Positions 54,065 through 63,950 of a stretch of DNA of 64,000 bases are shown piece after piece. Where the stretch lies: the IMG/VR virus record IMGVR_UViG_3300025098_000014; one strand, written 5' to 3'. Numbering within the stretch: position 1 is the stretch's first letter; the number at the start of each line of letters is the position of its first letter. Source of the stretch: a virus. The position numbers were made by a program, and so were the translations under genes. Below the pieces are notes generated by a model. That model did no database searches and was not told the origin of the DNA. It saw only the letters and a list, made by a program, of their open reading frames with translations.

Positions 54065-55850
54065 TAGATACCTTGATCATCTTACCATGTTCAGGAAGAT
54101 AAAGATACTCGATGTCAGAGTTAGCAAGAGTACGACAAGCGTCGTCCAGGGTCTCCACCAAAGGTTCTCCACCAAGATTAAAAGAGGTATTAAACAAAAT
54201 CGGACAACCCGTAGCATCATAGAAGGCTTTGATGAGGTCATAGTAGTTCTTATTCTGTTCTTCAGTAACAGTTTGAATACGACATGTTCCATCAACATGA
54301 ATAATAGCTGGAATTTTTTCTTCGATACCAGGTTGACACTTAACGGCATACATCATGAAAGGAGTATCTTCCATCCCACGCAAATCAAACCATTCGTCTG
54401 CATGTTCAGCAAGAATAGATCCAGCAAAGGGACGGAAGTACTCACGATTCTTCACTAAATTAACAAAATCTTTTCCATCAGGATCACGAGGATCATACAT
54501 GATAGATCTATTACCCAATGCACGAGGACCTGCTTCTGATTTTCCTTGGAAAAGAGAAACAATATTCTCATTAGAGATCAAATCAATAACATCTTTATTC
54601 TCAGCGTCAGTTACCGTACCACTATACTTATCAGCAATGTCAATGATCTGTTCAATAGTATAGTTATAGTCTGGACCATAATATAAATCAGTAATTCTAG
54701 GAGGAACTGCTGGTTCTTCATCCTTTAAAGATTGATAATACACTAACAATGCAGCCCCAATAGCAGTTCCACCATCATTACTGACAGGTTCAACAAAGAG
54801 ATTGATACCATCATCTTTCAACTTATCAAGATACCAATAATTTGCTACACAATTCAATCCATATCCACCAGAAAGAACAACATTCTTTTTACCACTTACC
54901 TCTACAGCCTTATAGATTAATTTAAGAACTGCTTCTTGAGTTTCAGTTTGTACTGCATATGCAAGGTCTCTACGATTCTTAAGTTTAGTTAGATCGTCAG
55001 AATCATGATTATTTAAGAAAGGATATTCTTGAACATTGACATGCCCAGCATTAGGATAAGTAGGAATAATAACATTCCTATCTACTGTTCCACTCTTCTT
55101 AAATAAAGTAGGAACCTCATCATTAGGTTCTCCATATGGGAATAATCCCATAGTTTTACCAGCCTCAATAGCATGCCAACCACAATACTGTGTCGCAGCT
55201 TCATATGCTTTTACAATACCTGCAGTTTCATCAAGAGTGTATGTGAAAGATCCAGTCTCACCAGGATAAGCCATTGCTGCTTCCATTTCAGCAACATAGT
55301 TTGTGGTACAAGGTCCACGAGATCCAAGATGTTTATATAAGGTATTAATCTCACTTGGGAACTTACAATCAAAAATAGTTTCAGTTTCCCATACAGTTTC
55401 AGTCTGCCCCATTACATCAAACTGAATGAAGGTTCCAGCTCCATCAACTACTAGGGCAGCTGCTTCTTCAAATCCAGACCGATAAAAAGCAGCAGCAGCG
55501 TGAAGTTTATGATGAACATTACCAACATCAACAACCTGAGGATGCCTCTTTTCTGGATCTGGTTCGACATCTTTAATCAAACCCAGTTTTCTTGCCATCC
55601 CAACATAAATTGGTTCATTACTATACTCAAGATGACCACAATCTCTTTCCATCAATTGAGTATGACCAACAACAAGAAAATCAAGCTTATCGGTATACTT
55701 TTTTATCTCCAATAGTGAAGCAATAGGTCCACCATCATATTTACGGCGAGATAATCTCTCTTCTTCAACAGCAAAAACAATCTCACCATCCTTTAGAAGA
55801 CATACTCCAGCGTTGTGTCCGCGAGTAATACCAGCAATCCACTGAGTCAT
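54057..55850 (-). CDS. carbamoyltransferase (NodU/CmcH/TobZ family)
   Basis: EEER.SR.K, HH..HA, DG.G, GK.MGL, E.GPRALGNRS, K.RE.FRPFA, HVDGT.R.QT and NTSFN motifs. Confidence 0.95.
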   Translation of the reverse strand: MTQWIAGITRGHNAGVCLLKDGEIVFAVEEERLSRRKYDGGPIASLLEIKKYTDKLDFLVVGHTQLMERDCGHLEYSNEPIYVGMARKLGLIKDVEPDPEKRHPQVVDVGNVHHKLHAAAAFYRSGFEEAAALVVDGAGTFIQFDVMGQTETVWETETIFDCKFPSEINTLYKHLGSRGPCTTNYVAEMEAAMAYPGETGSFTYTLDETAGIVKAYEAATQYCGWHAIEAGKTMGLFPYGEPNDEVPTLFKKSGTVDRNVIIPTYPNAGHVNVQEYPFLNNHDSDDLTKLKNRRDLAYAVQTETQEAVLKLIYKAVEVSGKKNVVLSGGYGLNCVANYWYLDKLKDDGINLFVEPVSNDGGTAIGAALLVYYQSLKDEEPAVPPRITDLYYGPDYNYTIEQIIDIADKYSGTVTDAENKDVIDLISNENIVSLFQGKSEAGPRALGNRSIMYDPRDPDGKDFVNLVKNREYFRPFAGSILAEHADEWFDLRGMEDTPFMMYAVKCQPGIEEKIPAIIHVDGTCRIQTVTEEQNKNYYDLIKAFYDATGCPILFNTSFNLGGEPLVETLDDACRTLANSDIEYLYLPEHGKMIKVSND

Positions 55851-56827
55851 TTACCAAATCCTTTTGTAGGGGTTTCTGTTGTCTCTTTTTTCTTTACAGG
55901 TTTTCCAAGTCTATCTCTACAAGACTTTAACACACTTGCAATATCATCTTCTGACATTGCCATACACTCATCATTCTGCATATCCGCATAGTCTTCCATT
56001 GTCAATCTAATAGGAGAGAATGTTCTTTTATCTTCTCCCAAATCAATTATATCAAATTGATTATCATTTGGATAGCTAATATTAATAGGATATGTTGATC
56101 CAATCACTGCTGTTACACTAGTATCAGTTGCAGCTGCAATGTGTTGACCAACAGAATCGCAACCTAAGAAATGATCTGCCCTATTAATAATAGATGTCCA
56201 GATACGGACATCGGGAATTTGAGGTAGAATAAATGGGTACTTAGATTCTCCCTCCTCTGTCTGAAATGGGAACTCAGACATTATAATTACACAATAATCT
56301 TTCTTGAGATCATTAACTATCTTACTGATATCTCCAAGACTGAAACTTCTAGATGTTGGGTCAAAAATATATCCACCCTCATCCATTACACCTCTACCAA
56401 AAGGTTGAATTACAACAACTTTTTCTTTACCAGTAACTTTAATTGCTTCATCGACTAGCTGAAGACCTTGAATACCCTCATGCTTTGCTAGTTTAATTGT
56501 AGGTTTAGGAAGATCCCTAGGTTCTTCTGTACCATTAATTTCCATATCAAATGCTTGAGCAATACTACATTTTTGATTGTAGTAATGCCAACGACGATAT
56601 GGTTCAGGTGTAACACAATCTCTGTCTTTGATCTTATCTTCAAAAAGATCTTTATGCCAGTTGTCGTATGCGTATTTGTGAAGGACTGGATGGGACTTAT
56701 AGAAATTCATCCCACCTTCACACACAATGATAAAATCATCATGTGTCTCTGCATATTTTTCAAAGGCAGGGATGGAGGTGATAACTCTACCAGCTCCTCC
56801 ATTAATGAAGAATGCTTTTGATCTCAT
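55847..56827 (-). CDS. GT-B glycosyltransferase, GT9 heptosyltransferase-like
   Basis: N-terminal GG.G.VI...PA and C-terminal FLGCDSVGQHIAAA (GT9 DS...H.A.A motif). Confidence 0.65.
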   Translation of the reverse strand: MRSKAFFINGGAGRVITSIPAFEKYAETHDDFIIVCEGGMNFYKSHPVLHKYAYDNWHKDLFEDKIKDRDCVTPEPYRRWHYYNQKCSIAQAFDMEINGTEEPRDLPKPTIKLAKHEGIQGLQLVDEAIKVTGKEKVVVIQPFGRGVMDEGGYIFDPTSRSFSLGDISKIVNDLKKDYCVIIMSEFPFQTEEGESKYPFILPQIPDVRIWTSIINRADHFLGCDSVGQHIAAATDTSVTAVIGSTYPINISYPNDNQFDIIDLGEDKRTFSPIRLTMEDYADMQNDECMAMSEDDIASVLKSCRDRLGKPVKKKETTETPTKGFGK

Positions 56828-56853
56828 ACTAATTTGGTCAACAAAGTATATAG

Positions 56854-57591
56854 TTATAAAAAGAAAACCTGATTCACTCGATCATGTTCGGTGAACATCC
56901 CATGATCAATGTTCTGCGAGTGCATCACATCAGCTTCATAAAAGATACATCTATTATACACCATTTCAGCCTCATATTCAACTCTCCACTCCCTATCACC
57001 ATACAACCACTTTCTAATGTATGGAAAACACTGTTCAGGTCTTGTAACCTCATCATCAAATCCCTCGGGTTTGTCAATATATTCTATTACCTTATATGGA
57101 AGAGACATCTGCCCTTTATACGAATATAAATTTGTACCACCTTGGCATTCTTCTGGAGTATTCAAATAGATCACCACTCCAAACTGATTAAAGTCTGTGG
57201 TAATGTCATTCATATAAGCATCTTGATGGGGAATACTACACCAAGGTGCATGAAATACACTATGATAATTCAAAATATTGCACATGAATCCAACAGCATC
57301 CCATTGAAATTCATACATTTTTTGGTGAATATGCTTGCTCCACAAAGAATTGTCTAAGCAATACTTATCAAAGAATGGTTTGAGTTTATCTTTTACTTCT
57401 GATGTTTCTTGGAATACTCTCTGTCCAGGAAGACCCTTGATTAAATTCTTATCATCTTTCTTTTCAGATCTTAATGCAAGTTCTCTTACTTCATCTGGAT
57501 TTTTATAAAAATTATCAACAGTTATAATCGTTCTATTTTGTGGTCCTACTCTCTTAATACTAACATCAAGATTTTCATTTAGTTCAAACAT
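56854..57591 (-). CDS. 2OG-Fe(II) oxygenase (DUF6445-like)
   Basis: VDNFY.NPDEVR.LA, PHQD, IYLN....GGT, YNR..Y....H and R.NQVFF motifs. Confidence 0.8.
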   Translation of the reverse strand: MFELNENLDVSIKRVGPQNRTIITVDNFYKNPDEVRELALRSEKKDDKNLIKGLPGQRVFQETSEVKDKLKPFFDKYCLDNSLWSKHIHQKMYEFQWDAVGFMCNILNYHSVFHAPWCSIPHQDAYMNDITTDFNQFGVVIYLNTPEECQGGTNLYSYKGQMSLPYKVIEYIDKPEGFDDEVTRPEQCFPYIRKWLYGDREWRVEYEAEMVYNRCIFYEADVMHSQNIDHGMFTEHDRVNQVFFL

Positions 57592-57611
57592 TTTATAAAA
57601 TCCTAAAAATC

Positions 57612-57640
57612 AAAAAAAATTCCGGGGAAAATTTCCCCGA
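57612..57640 (-). terminator. rho-independent terminator
   Basis: CGGGGAAA-T-TTTCCCCG-GAA followed by T8. Confidence 0.75.
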
Positions 57641-57682
57641 AATTATGGAATTAAAAAGTCAATTTCGTTTCAGGATCAATTA

Positions 57683-58423
57683 TTATTCTTCAGTAGTAAT
57701 ATCAGTTGAGTTCAGTCCAGTCTCAGGAGACTCTCCTGTAAATCCATCAACATCACCAGGCTCTCTAGGCCATACGATCAGATAAGTATTGTTACCAACA
57801 CTACTCCAAGTATCGGGCAGCTCCCTCAACTTTTGACGATACGCTGTCCATTCACTAACATAACCTGCTGGAGCATCTGCAGGAATTTTATTATCAGATT
57901 GTGAAAGTAGCATATCTCTTGTTTTTCTTACTTCTTCCCACCCAAAGGACTGACTATCAGTTTCATCTCCAAACTCAAATTCTGTATGGGGACCAGAGAA
58001 TCTACCTGTATTCCAAAGACTAGTCTCAAAATTATAACCAAACGAGCACATATCATATACTTCATTGAAGTAAAGATAGTTAGGAAGAATTGGGTTAGGT
58101 TCTGAGTCAGGACCAGCAGGAGTTTCAATCAGTTCTGGAGGAAGAATGCCTCCAAACATTGCAACTGCATTCATAGGATGAGTATCAGCATTAAGCTCGA
58201 CAACTCTTGTCCCAACTGGAGGATCTCTGTCTTCACCAGGATCAGATGGGAAAGAATGCTCTACTTCCCAATTAGGATCAGCATCTGTTCCAGTATTTGT
58301 ATACCAGAAAGTAATCTTATCTGGTCCAGTATATGTACAGATACCACTTCTATTTGTGTCCTGAGTATCTCCATACCATTCAGTGGGTACAGGATAAACA
58401 ATTGTTTTAGTAATTTGCGCCAT
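57683..58423 (-). CDS. tail fibre assembly chaperone-like protein
   Basis: R..RD.LL..SD...W..YRQ.LR.LP...WP motif; late promoter at 58449-58455. Confidence 0.8.
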   Translation of the reverse strand: MAQITKTIVYPVPTEWYGDTQDTNRSGICTYTGPDKITFWYTNTGTDADPNWEVEHSFPSDPGEDRDPPVGTRVVELNADTHPMNAVAMFGGILPPELIETPAGPDSEPNPILPNYLYFNEVYDMCSFGYNFETSLWNTGRFSGPHTEFEFGDETDSQSFGWEEVRKTRDMLLSQSDNKIPADAPAGYVSEWTAYRQKLRELPDTWSSVGNNTYLIVWPREPGDVDGFTGESPETGLNSTDITTEE

Positions 58424-58454
58424 TGCTAAAAATGTACTCCGTTATAAGTATTTA

Positions 58455-59333
58455 TCAGGACCAAGTTGTAACAACTACGAGGCCACCACCGCCCCAATCA
58501 CCCCAGCATTGACTGCCTTGAGTAGAACCAGAGAATCCACCACCACCAGGGAACAGCGAAGGTGCAGAACAACATCCTCTAGTATTACCATAAGCACAAC
58601 GGTTTGTACCGAAGTTTCTTTGGGTCTGCCAAGGACCAACTGGAGAAGATGCGACTGCCCATGCTCCTGAGTGACAGTCCACATGCTTCAGTTCACCACC
58701 AGACAAACCACAAATATAGAATTCGTTTTCTGGGTTTGCTGAATCAGGCTTAGATTGTCCATCAGGCCAAGCAGCGGAACATGCATTGAAACAGTTAGTT
58801 CTTTGTGCTACTTTCAGACAAGTATAGCAACTATTAGTACATCTTTGCGTTGCATAAGATCCACCTTGCATACAGAAGGTTCCTAATCCACCACCTAAGA
58901 CGAAAGAAGGACATCCATAGAATCCACAACCGGTTCTACCGTGGCAACAACCACAGCAGGAACATCTGCTAGTGGAACCAGAGCAAATGGTAAACTGAGT
59001 AGATCCTGCAGTGAAGTGACCGCAGTTAGCGTATTGCATTTTAGTAGCGTAACCGCCACCACCGCCGCCCATACCAGGTCCATTGCCACAGCAGCGACCA
59101 CCTGAACCTGATCCACCACCAGATACAATTTCAAATTGAATCGTGGTTACTTTTTCTGGTACAGTCCAGAGATGGCAGCAACCACCATTACATGGGGTAT
59201 TATGGCAACAGTTAAAATAAAAGCTTCTACAAACATTACCTGTAGATACACCTGTTACTTTACCGGGTCCAACGGTTCCATCGATAATTGCATCAGAGGC
59301 ATCGATTTTTTTATAGGTTTGATAGTCAGCCAT
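58455..59333 (-). CDS. Cys/Gly-rich virion fibre-tip protein
   Basis: WTVP.....FE..SGGG.G, GGGGGGY and PGGGG...G.GG.V.V motifs; 29 Cys; late promoter at 59367-59373. Confidence 0.75.
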   Translation of the reverse strand: MADYQTYKKIDASDAIIDGTVGPGKVTGVSTGNVCRSFYFNCCHNTPCNGGCCHLWTVPEKVTTIQFEIVSGGGSGSGGRCCGNGPGMGGGGGGYATKMQYANCGHFTAGSTQFTICSGSTSRCSCCGCCHGRTGCGFYGCPSFVLGGGLGTFCMQGGSYATQRCTNSCYTCLKVAQRTNCFNACSAAWPDGQSKPDSANPENEFYICGLSGGELKHVDCHSGAWAVASSPVGPWQTQRNFGTNRCAYGNTRGCCSAPSLFPGGGGFSGSTQGSQCWGDWGGGGLVVVTTWS

Positions 59334-59384
59334 TGTTTATATTCTTAATGGTGAAATTCGTAATAGTATTTATGAAATCATAAT

Positions 59385-59410
59385 AAAAAGAAGGGAGATT
59401 GCTCTCCCCT
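59385..59410 (-). terminator. rho-independent terminator
   Basis: AGGGGAGA-GCAA-TCTCCCTT-CTTTTT. Confidence 0.75.
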
Positions 59411-59420
59411 GAAGTACGAA

Positions 59421-62400
59421 TCAGATAGTGATGATTCTCCATCCTTGTGATCCATCATAGTAGACCAATTCAAATGCCGCACCTTCAGTAGATACAACCA
59501 AGTCAGAAGAGTCACCCATGATTGGTTGACTATTTCTACCAATCGTAAGGTTATTAGAGTCAAATGTCTTGGCAACATCGAAGATTCTAATAGAATCACC
59601 CTTAACAGGAGATGCAGGAAGAGTAACAGTGAATGCACCGCCACTAGTATTACACCAGGCTTGCTGTCTGTTTGCTAATGTGGTTCCATTACCACTGACA
59701 TCTACATTAGCGTAGGCACCTAGAGGTAACCAACCAGAACCGTTATAGAATTCAAATCCATCAGCGTCGGTATCGTAGCGGAGACCACCTTCGATCAGAT
59801 CAATACCAGTAGGTCTAGTTGCCTGAGTACCACGAGGTGGAACAATAATACCAGAAGTGGTATCCATCTTACCGCGAGTGAGGAAGCCACGAACTGCTTT
59901 CTCAGTAGGACATGCTTGGTTAGAGTCGCCAGATAGGAATTCATCAGAAGAGAATTCGTTAACTGCTTCACCAATCTGACCGCCAATGGCACCCAGTCTC
60001 AGTTCAGAAAGACCTGATAGGTTGAATGCGGAAGCATCCAGGGTAGCAGCACCAGTCAACTGGTTAACAGAGAAGTATTCACCAACTCTGAAGTTACCAC
60101 CTTGGTCAGTAGAGACGAAGAAGATCTTACCAGTATTCAGTACAGTTGTCTCGTTACCCTGAGAAGCTGTGTTCTCATCAACATTTGGATAATTAGTTTG
60201 TGAAGTGTTGCCTGTACCAATCAGCAGGAAGTCATGACCCGTGAGACGAACCTTGGAGAACTTAGATCTCATCAAGAACTCTTGATCATCGAAGGAAGAA
60301 GGAGAAGCTCCTTTAACTGGTGCAATGTTAATCGTTGCACGACCAGATGCAAAGTCATATGCAGAAACTGTTCTGATAATGTAACTAATTGAATCGGAGA
60401 ATCCCATTCCAACTGTAGTGAATCCAATCGCATCACCAACAAGTGGTGCTGTGCTTAGTCCGACTACCTCAAATAGTCCATCCTTCTGTCCACCAACAGC
60501 GTTAGATGCAGATGCAATCTTAACATATCCTGTAGCAGCAGCACCAACGCTATCAAACTCAATGAATTCACCAGGTGTGAAGACAGTAGTACCAACACCA
60601 ACAGCACCGTTAGCACCATCAGCGTTACCAAATCCACTATTGTACTTAAAGTACAGTTGATCACCGGAGATCTGATTGTTTGTAACTACAGCGCGAGCTC
60701 CTGATACAGTACCACGCATCGTAGCACCAACAGAGATAGTACCAGCAGCAGTACCAACTTGGGTAGACATCTTGTCACCGAAGAGGCGACCAGAACGAGC
60801 AACTTCTAGTGTGGAGAATCCAACAGCCAATGCACCGTATGTACCGTAGGAGTTGTTACCTGAGAGAGATCTGATCTCAGATCCGTCATCAGAAACATAA
60901 CCGAAAGCACAGTAGTAAGTGAAGGAAGAAACAATTTCAGCAAGAGCATCATCTTCAAGCCAGAAACCTACACCACCGGAGTGAATGTTAGTAAAGGCGT
61001 CGAAGACCATCGACTTACCACCTCTACCCTCAGGTTTACCCTCGTGTACACCACCCTCAATAAAGATACCGATAGCACCACCATGACCAGTACCATCAGT
61101 ACATACATTAGAGAATGCGGTACAATCTTTAATGTAAGGTGAACGCTCAAGAATAGGAGTATCAGGATTAAGTCTGAAGTAAACACCGCAAGTTGTAGTA
61201 CCTACACCAACTTTATTCTGCCACTTATCAGTATTGAAAGGATCATTAGTATCATAATCAAATCCTTGCAGACCCTTCATCGTGATCGCCTGAACCGTAG
61301 TAGAGTCAGAGACGAAGAACATCGTCTGACGACTATTAGGAACAAGACCGTCAGTAGAAACACCAGAAGCTGGTTGAACAGTCGTACCTCTCAGAACATC
61401 ACCAGCAATGGAGAAGTTCTTAGGTAGAGTAATAGGAAGTTGCTCACTGAATACACCAGCAGACAACTTAAGAATGATAGGAGATACATCAGTAACCTCA
61501 CCACCACTCACATAAGTATGAGCAATTGTAGAGATACCAACATTGGTAGAGAATGTGTTGGAGTCAACTACAGAGTCAACTTTGAAGAAGAATCCTTGTG
61601 TACCATCGGGGAAGATAGTAGTTGTGACACCAGCATGAGCTACGGCACAAGTGAATCCAATACCCTGAAGTTTAACCTGACCCTGAGGGAACAAACCATG
61701 AGCGGCAGCAGTAATTGTTGCAATACCGCTAGACTCATCATAAACGAAGTTGGTAACATCTCTTCTAATCTGACCAGCAGTAGAAGCATAAGCAATATTG
61801 GCCCAAGCATTATCTGGGGTAAGACCTGTATTATCGTTATTACCCTGTTGAGCGTCAACATAGTATACCTTGGTGCGAAGACCAGGATACTGCCACTCAA
61901 TCTCATCGCTAGAAGAGACTCTTAGATATGTACCTTGCGTACCAATACCCTGTCTCGTAGGGCCAGTACCATCTCTGGTGAGCAAGTCACCTTTGGTTGT
62001 CAGCAGTGCTGCGCTATCACCGATAGCAAACGCTGCCCACATGGTAACAGCAGTACCAGGTTGGACATTAATGTTCGATGAAGCTACTGAGATGTAAGCA
62101 GAAGATGAGAACTCAGCAACATCACCGATCTCGTATACACCAGAACCACTCCAGGTACTTCTCCAGTTAAATCCTCTGGTCAACAGAGACCAACCATTAG
62201 TACCAGTATCAATGGTAGTAATAGCAGTACCGACAGGTCGGTTGTCTGCAACAATCTTAACTTGGTCAGCAATATAAGTGTTACCACCAAGGGTTACAAT
62301 CTCACCACGAGCATAGATTTGACCAGGATCGTAGGTAGAACCTGCTCCAGTACCAATACCACCAACAAGAACTGACCAGTCAGCAGCATTTTCGTTAGGT

Positions 62401-63083
62401 TGAGAACCTTTAGGGTTAGTACCGATAGCAACATAAGATGCACCGATATACTCTACAATATCCCCCCTTTCATAGCGGGTATTTGCATCGTAGAGACCTT
62501 CATTAGTGAAGGCTTTGTTAAAGTCTGTAAAATTAGATGCTGGAGGATAGAAACCGTCCGAACCTACTCCAGTAGGATCATGGAAACTAGTAGAAACCCC
62601 CTGCATTGTAAAGTCGCTAGCGACTTGGAAGGGAACAGTTGTACGATATTCTTGTCCACCATACTTAACAACATCATTGATGCCATAATAAGTAGCGGTT
62701 GTGAAAGCACCTCGGAAGTTCAGTCCCTCAGCATAGAGATCCCAATATTGTGGGAAGTCGGAACTGTACCAGTTGCTTTGTACACCAACTGATACATGTT
62801 GTGCCGTACAGATATATTGATTACCGCCTTCCTTGACGATATCGTTTACAACATATCCAGTACCAACTGTCCACTCGCCAGCAAAGTTCTGACCCTCTGT
62901 GTGGAGGTCCCAGTTGGCACTGTCGTTGGGGAAGCCAGTAGCACCTGCGTCCGATGTGTGGTTGGTAGTACAAACATAAGAGCTGGCACCGTATCTAACG
63001 ATGTCATCAATAATGAATGCGGTAGAAGCTGTCCAGGCACCACGCCAGTTAAATTTCAGTCTACCTAGTCTAAATTCTGCCAT
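59421..63083 (-). CDS. virion structural/fibre protein with carbohydrate-binding-like repeats
   Basis: Six W/Y....Y...D.V.Y.G..Y repeats; C-terminal NTSGGAFTVTLPASP..GD.I.I.D (gp9/gp10-like) domain. Confidence 0.8.
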   Translation of the reverse strand: MAEFRLGRLKFNWRGAWTASTAFIIDDIVRYGASSYVCTTNHTSDAGATGFPNDSANWDLHTEGQNFAGEWTVGTGYVVNDIVKEGGNQYICTAQHVSVGVQSNWYSSDFPQYWDLYAEGLNFRGAFTTATYYGINDVVKYGGQEYRTTVPFQVASDFTMQGVSTSFHDPTGVGSDGFYPPASNFTDFNKAFTNEGLYDANTRYERGDIVEYIGASYVAIGTNPKGSQPNENAADWSVLVGGIGTGAGSTYDPGQIYARGEIVTLGGNTYIADQVKIVADNRPVGTAITTIDTGTNGWSLLTRGFNWRSTWSGSGVYEIGDVAEFSSSAYISVASSNINVQPGTAVTMWAAFAIGDSAALLTTKGDLLTRDGTGPTRQGIGTQGTYLRVSSSDEIEWQYPGLRTKVYYVDAQQGNNDNTGLTPDNAWANIAYASTAGQIRRDVTNFVYDESSGIATITAAAHGLFPQGQVKLQGIGFTCAVAHAGVTTTIFPDGTQGFFFKVDSVVDSNTFSTNVGISTIAHTYVSGGEVTDVSPIILKLSAGVFSEQLPITLPKNFSIAGDVLRGTTVQPASGVSTDGLVPNSRQTMFFVSDSTTVQAITMKGLQGFDYDTNDPFNTDKWQNKVGVGTTTCGVYFRLNPDTPILERSPYIKDCTAFSNVCTDGTGHGGAIGIFIEGGVHEGKPEGRGGKSMVFDAFTNIHSGGVGFWLEDDALAEIVSSFTYYCAFGYVSDDGSEIRSLSGNNSYGTYGALAVGFSTLEVARSGRLFGDKMSTQVGTAAGTISVGATMRGTVSGARAVVTNNQISGDQLYFKYNSGFGNADGANGAVGVGTTVFTPGEFIEFDSVGAAATGYVKIASASNAVGGQKDGLFEVVGLSTAPLVGDAIGFTTVGMGFSDSISYIIRTVSAYDFASGRATINIAPVKGASPSSFDDQEFLMRSKFSKVRLTGHDFLLIGTGNTSQTNYPNVDENTASQGNETTVLNTGKIFFVSTDQGGNFRVGEYFSVNQLTGAATLDASAFNLSGLSELRLGAIGGQIGEAVNEFSSDEFLSGDSNQACPTEKAVRGFLTRGKMDTTSGIIVPPRGTQATRPTGIDLIEGGLRYDTDADGFEFYNGSGWLPLGAYANVDVSGNGTTLANRQQAWCNTSGGAFTVTLPASPVKGDSIRIFDVAKTFDSNNLTIGRNSQPIMGDSSDLVVSTEGAAFELVYYDGSQGWRIITI

Positions 63084-63095
63084 TGTAGATTCTCG

Positions 63096-63446
63096 TTAAA
63101 CAGGTTCAGAGTATGAGTGGGTTCCATTGACCTGAAGGACGATGTATCCGTCAGTGTCTAAGTAATAAAAAAGGTTTCGCCTATCAAAGCGTATCTGTTG
63201 ATATTTATCTTGCGGGTTATTGGCAAGTGCCTTTTGTTCAGTGGTTTCTTCAACATAATCGTTGTAGTCACCGAATTCTTCAACCTGCGTACCATCTAAA
63301 CGATGGGGATCAAGTGTTTCAGTTGTAGATGCAGTGCTTACCTTACTAAAGTAAAGCATATCATCAGCATCTCTCCTTAGAGCATAGACATAGTAACCGG
63401 TCGAATCCTTAGGTTGGAAATGAGCATTACTTAAAGTTAAAGCCAT
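63096..63446 (-). CDS. hypothetical virion protein
   Basis: YALRRD and YQQ.RFD...L.YY.D.DG motifs; structural operon. Confidence 0.7.
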   Translation of the reverse strand: MALTLSNAHFQPKDSTGYYVYALRRDADDMLYFSKVSTASTTETLDPHRLDGTQVEEFGDYNDYVEETTEQKALANNPQDKYQQIRFDRRNLFYYLDTDGYIVLQVNGTHSYSEPV

Positions 63447-63916
63447 TAGCTAATGATTCTCCAATAACTACCAGTCCATAAAAACATAACAGTCACTCCC
63501 GAAACATCTAAGTTCACGGGACCATCATCAATATTTCCAATCGCATCTTTAAATTGATGCAAAGATGAGCTCAATATAACATTATTTATATTCCAATTTT
63601 GTGCGCCATCAGCGATCTCAATACTGTCACCAATAGACAGGTTGACCACGGGCATTGTTGCATTGATAGCACCAGCAGTTGTGTTGGCAAGATACCTTTT
63701 ATTCACAACTAACTGTGTTGTGATCGGACCAGTAAGATCGGTATAAACAGGAGTAGCACCAGTTGCTGCTTGAGCAACAGTTTCTACATTGTTTCCTGAT
63801 CGGATGTAGATTTTCTGGTCAACTATATTAATAGCCATCTCGCCATCTTCGAGGTCAACTAGACCAGGAATTTGACCTTGCGTGGTACTTCTTTTTGGTT
63901 TAATGCGTGTAGGCAT
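63446..63916 (-). CDS. fibre-associated structural protein
   Basis: KRS....P..L..GE.AIN..D.K.Y N-terminus plus gp9/gp10-like C-domain; ATAAATA at 63945-63951. Confidence 0.75.
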   Translation of the reverse strand: MPTRIKPKRSTTQGQIPGLVDLEDGEMAINIVDQKIYIRSGNNVETVAQAATGATPVYTDLTGPITTQLVVNKRYLANTTAGAINATMPVVNLSIGDSIEIADGAQNWNINNVILSSSLHQFKDAIGNIDDGPVNLDVSGVTVMFLWTGSYWRIIS

Positions 63917-63950
63917 TACTTCAAAATAGATGTGTGACTCATAGTATTTA

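Noticed and set aside
14480-62792. Numerous 60-160 aa plus-strand ORFs antisense to long minus-strand genes
   Set aside because: S/T/I/N-rich antisense shadows with no recognisable motifs.
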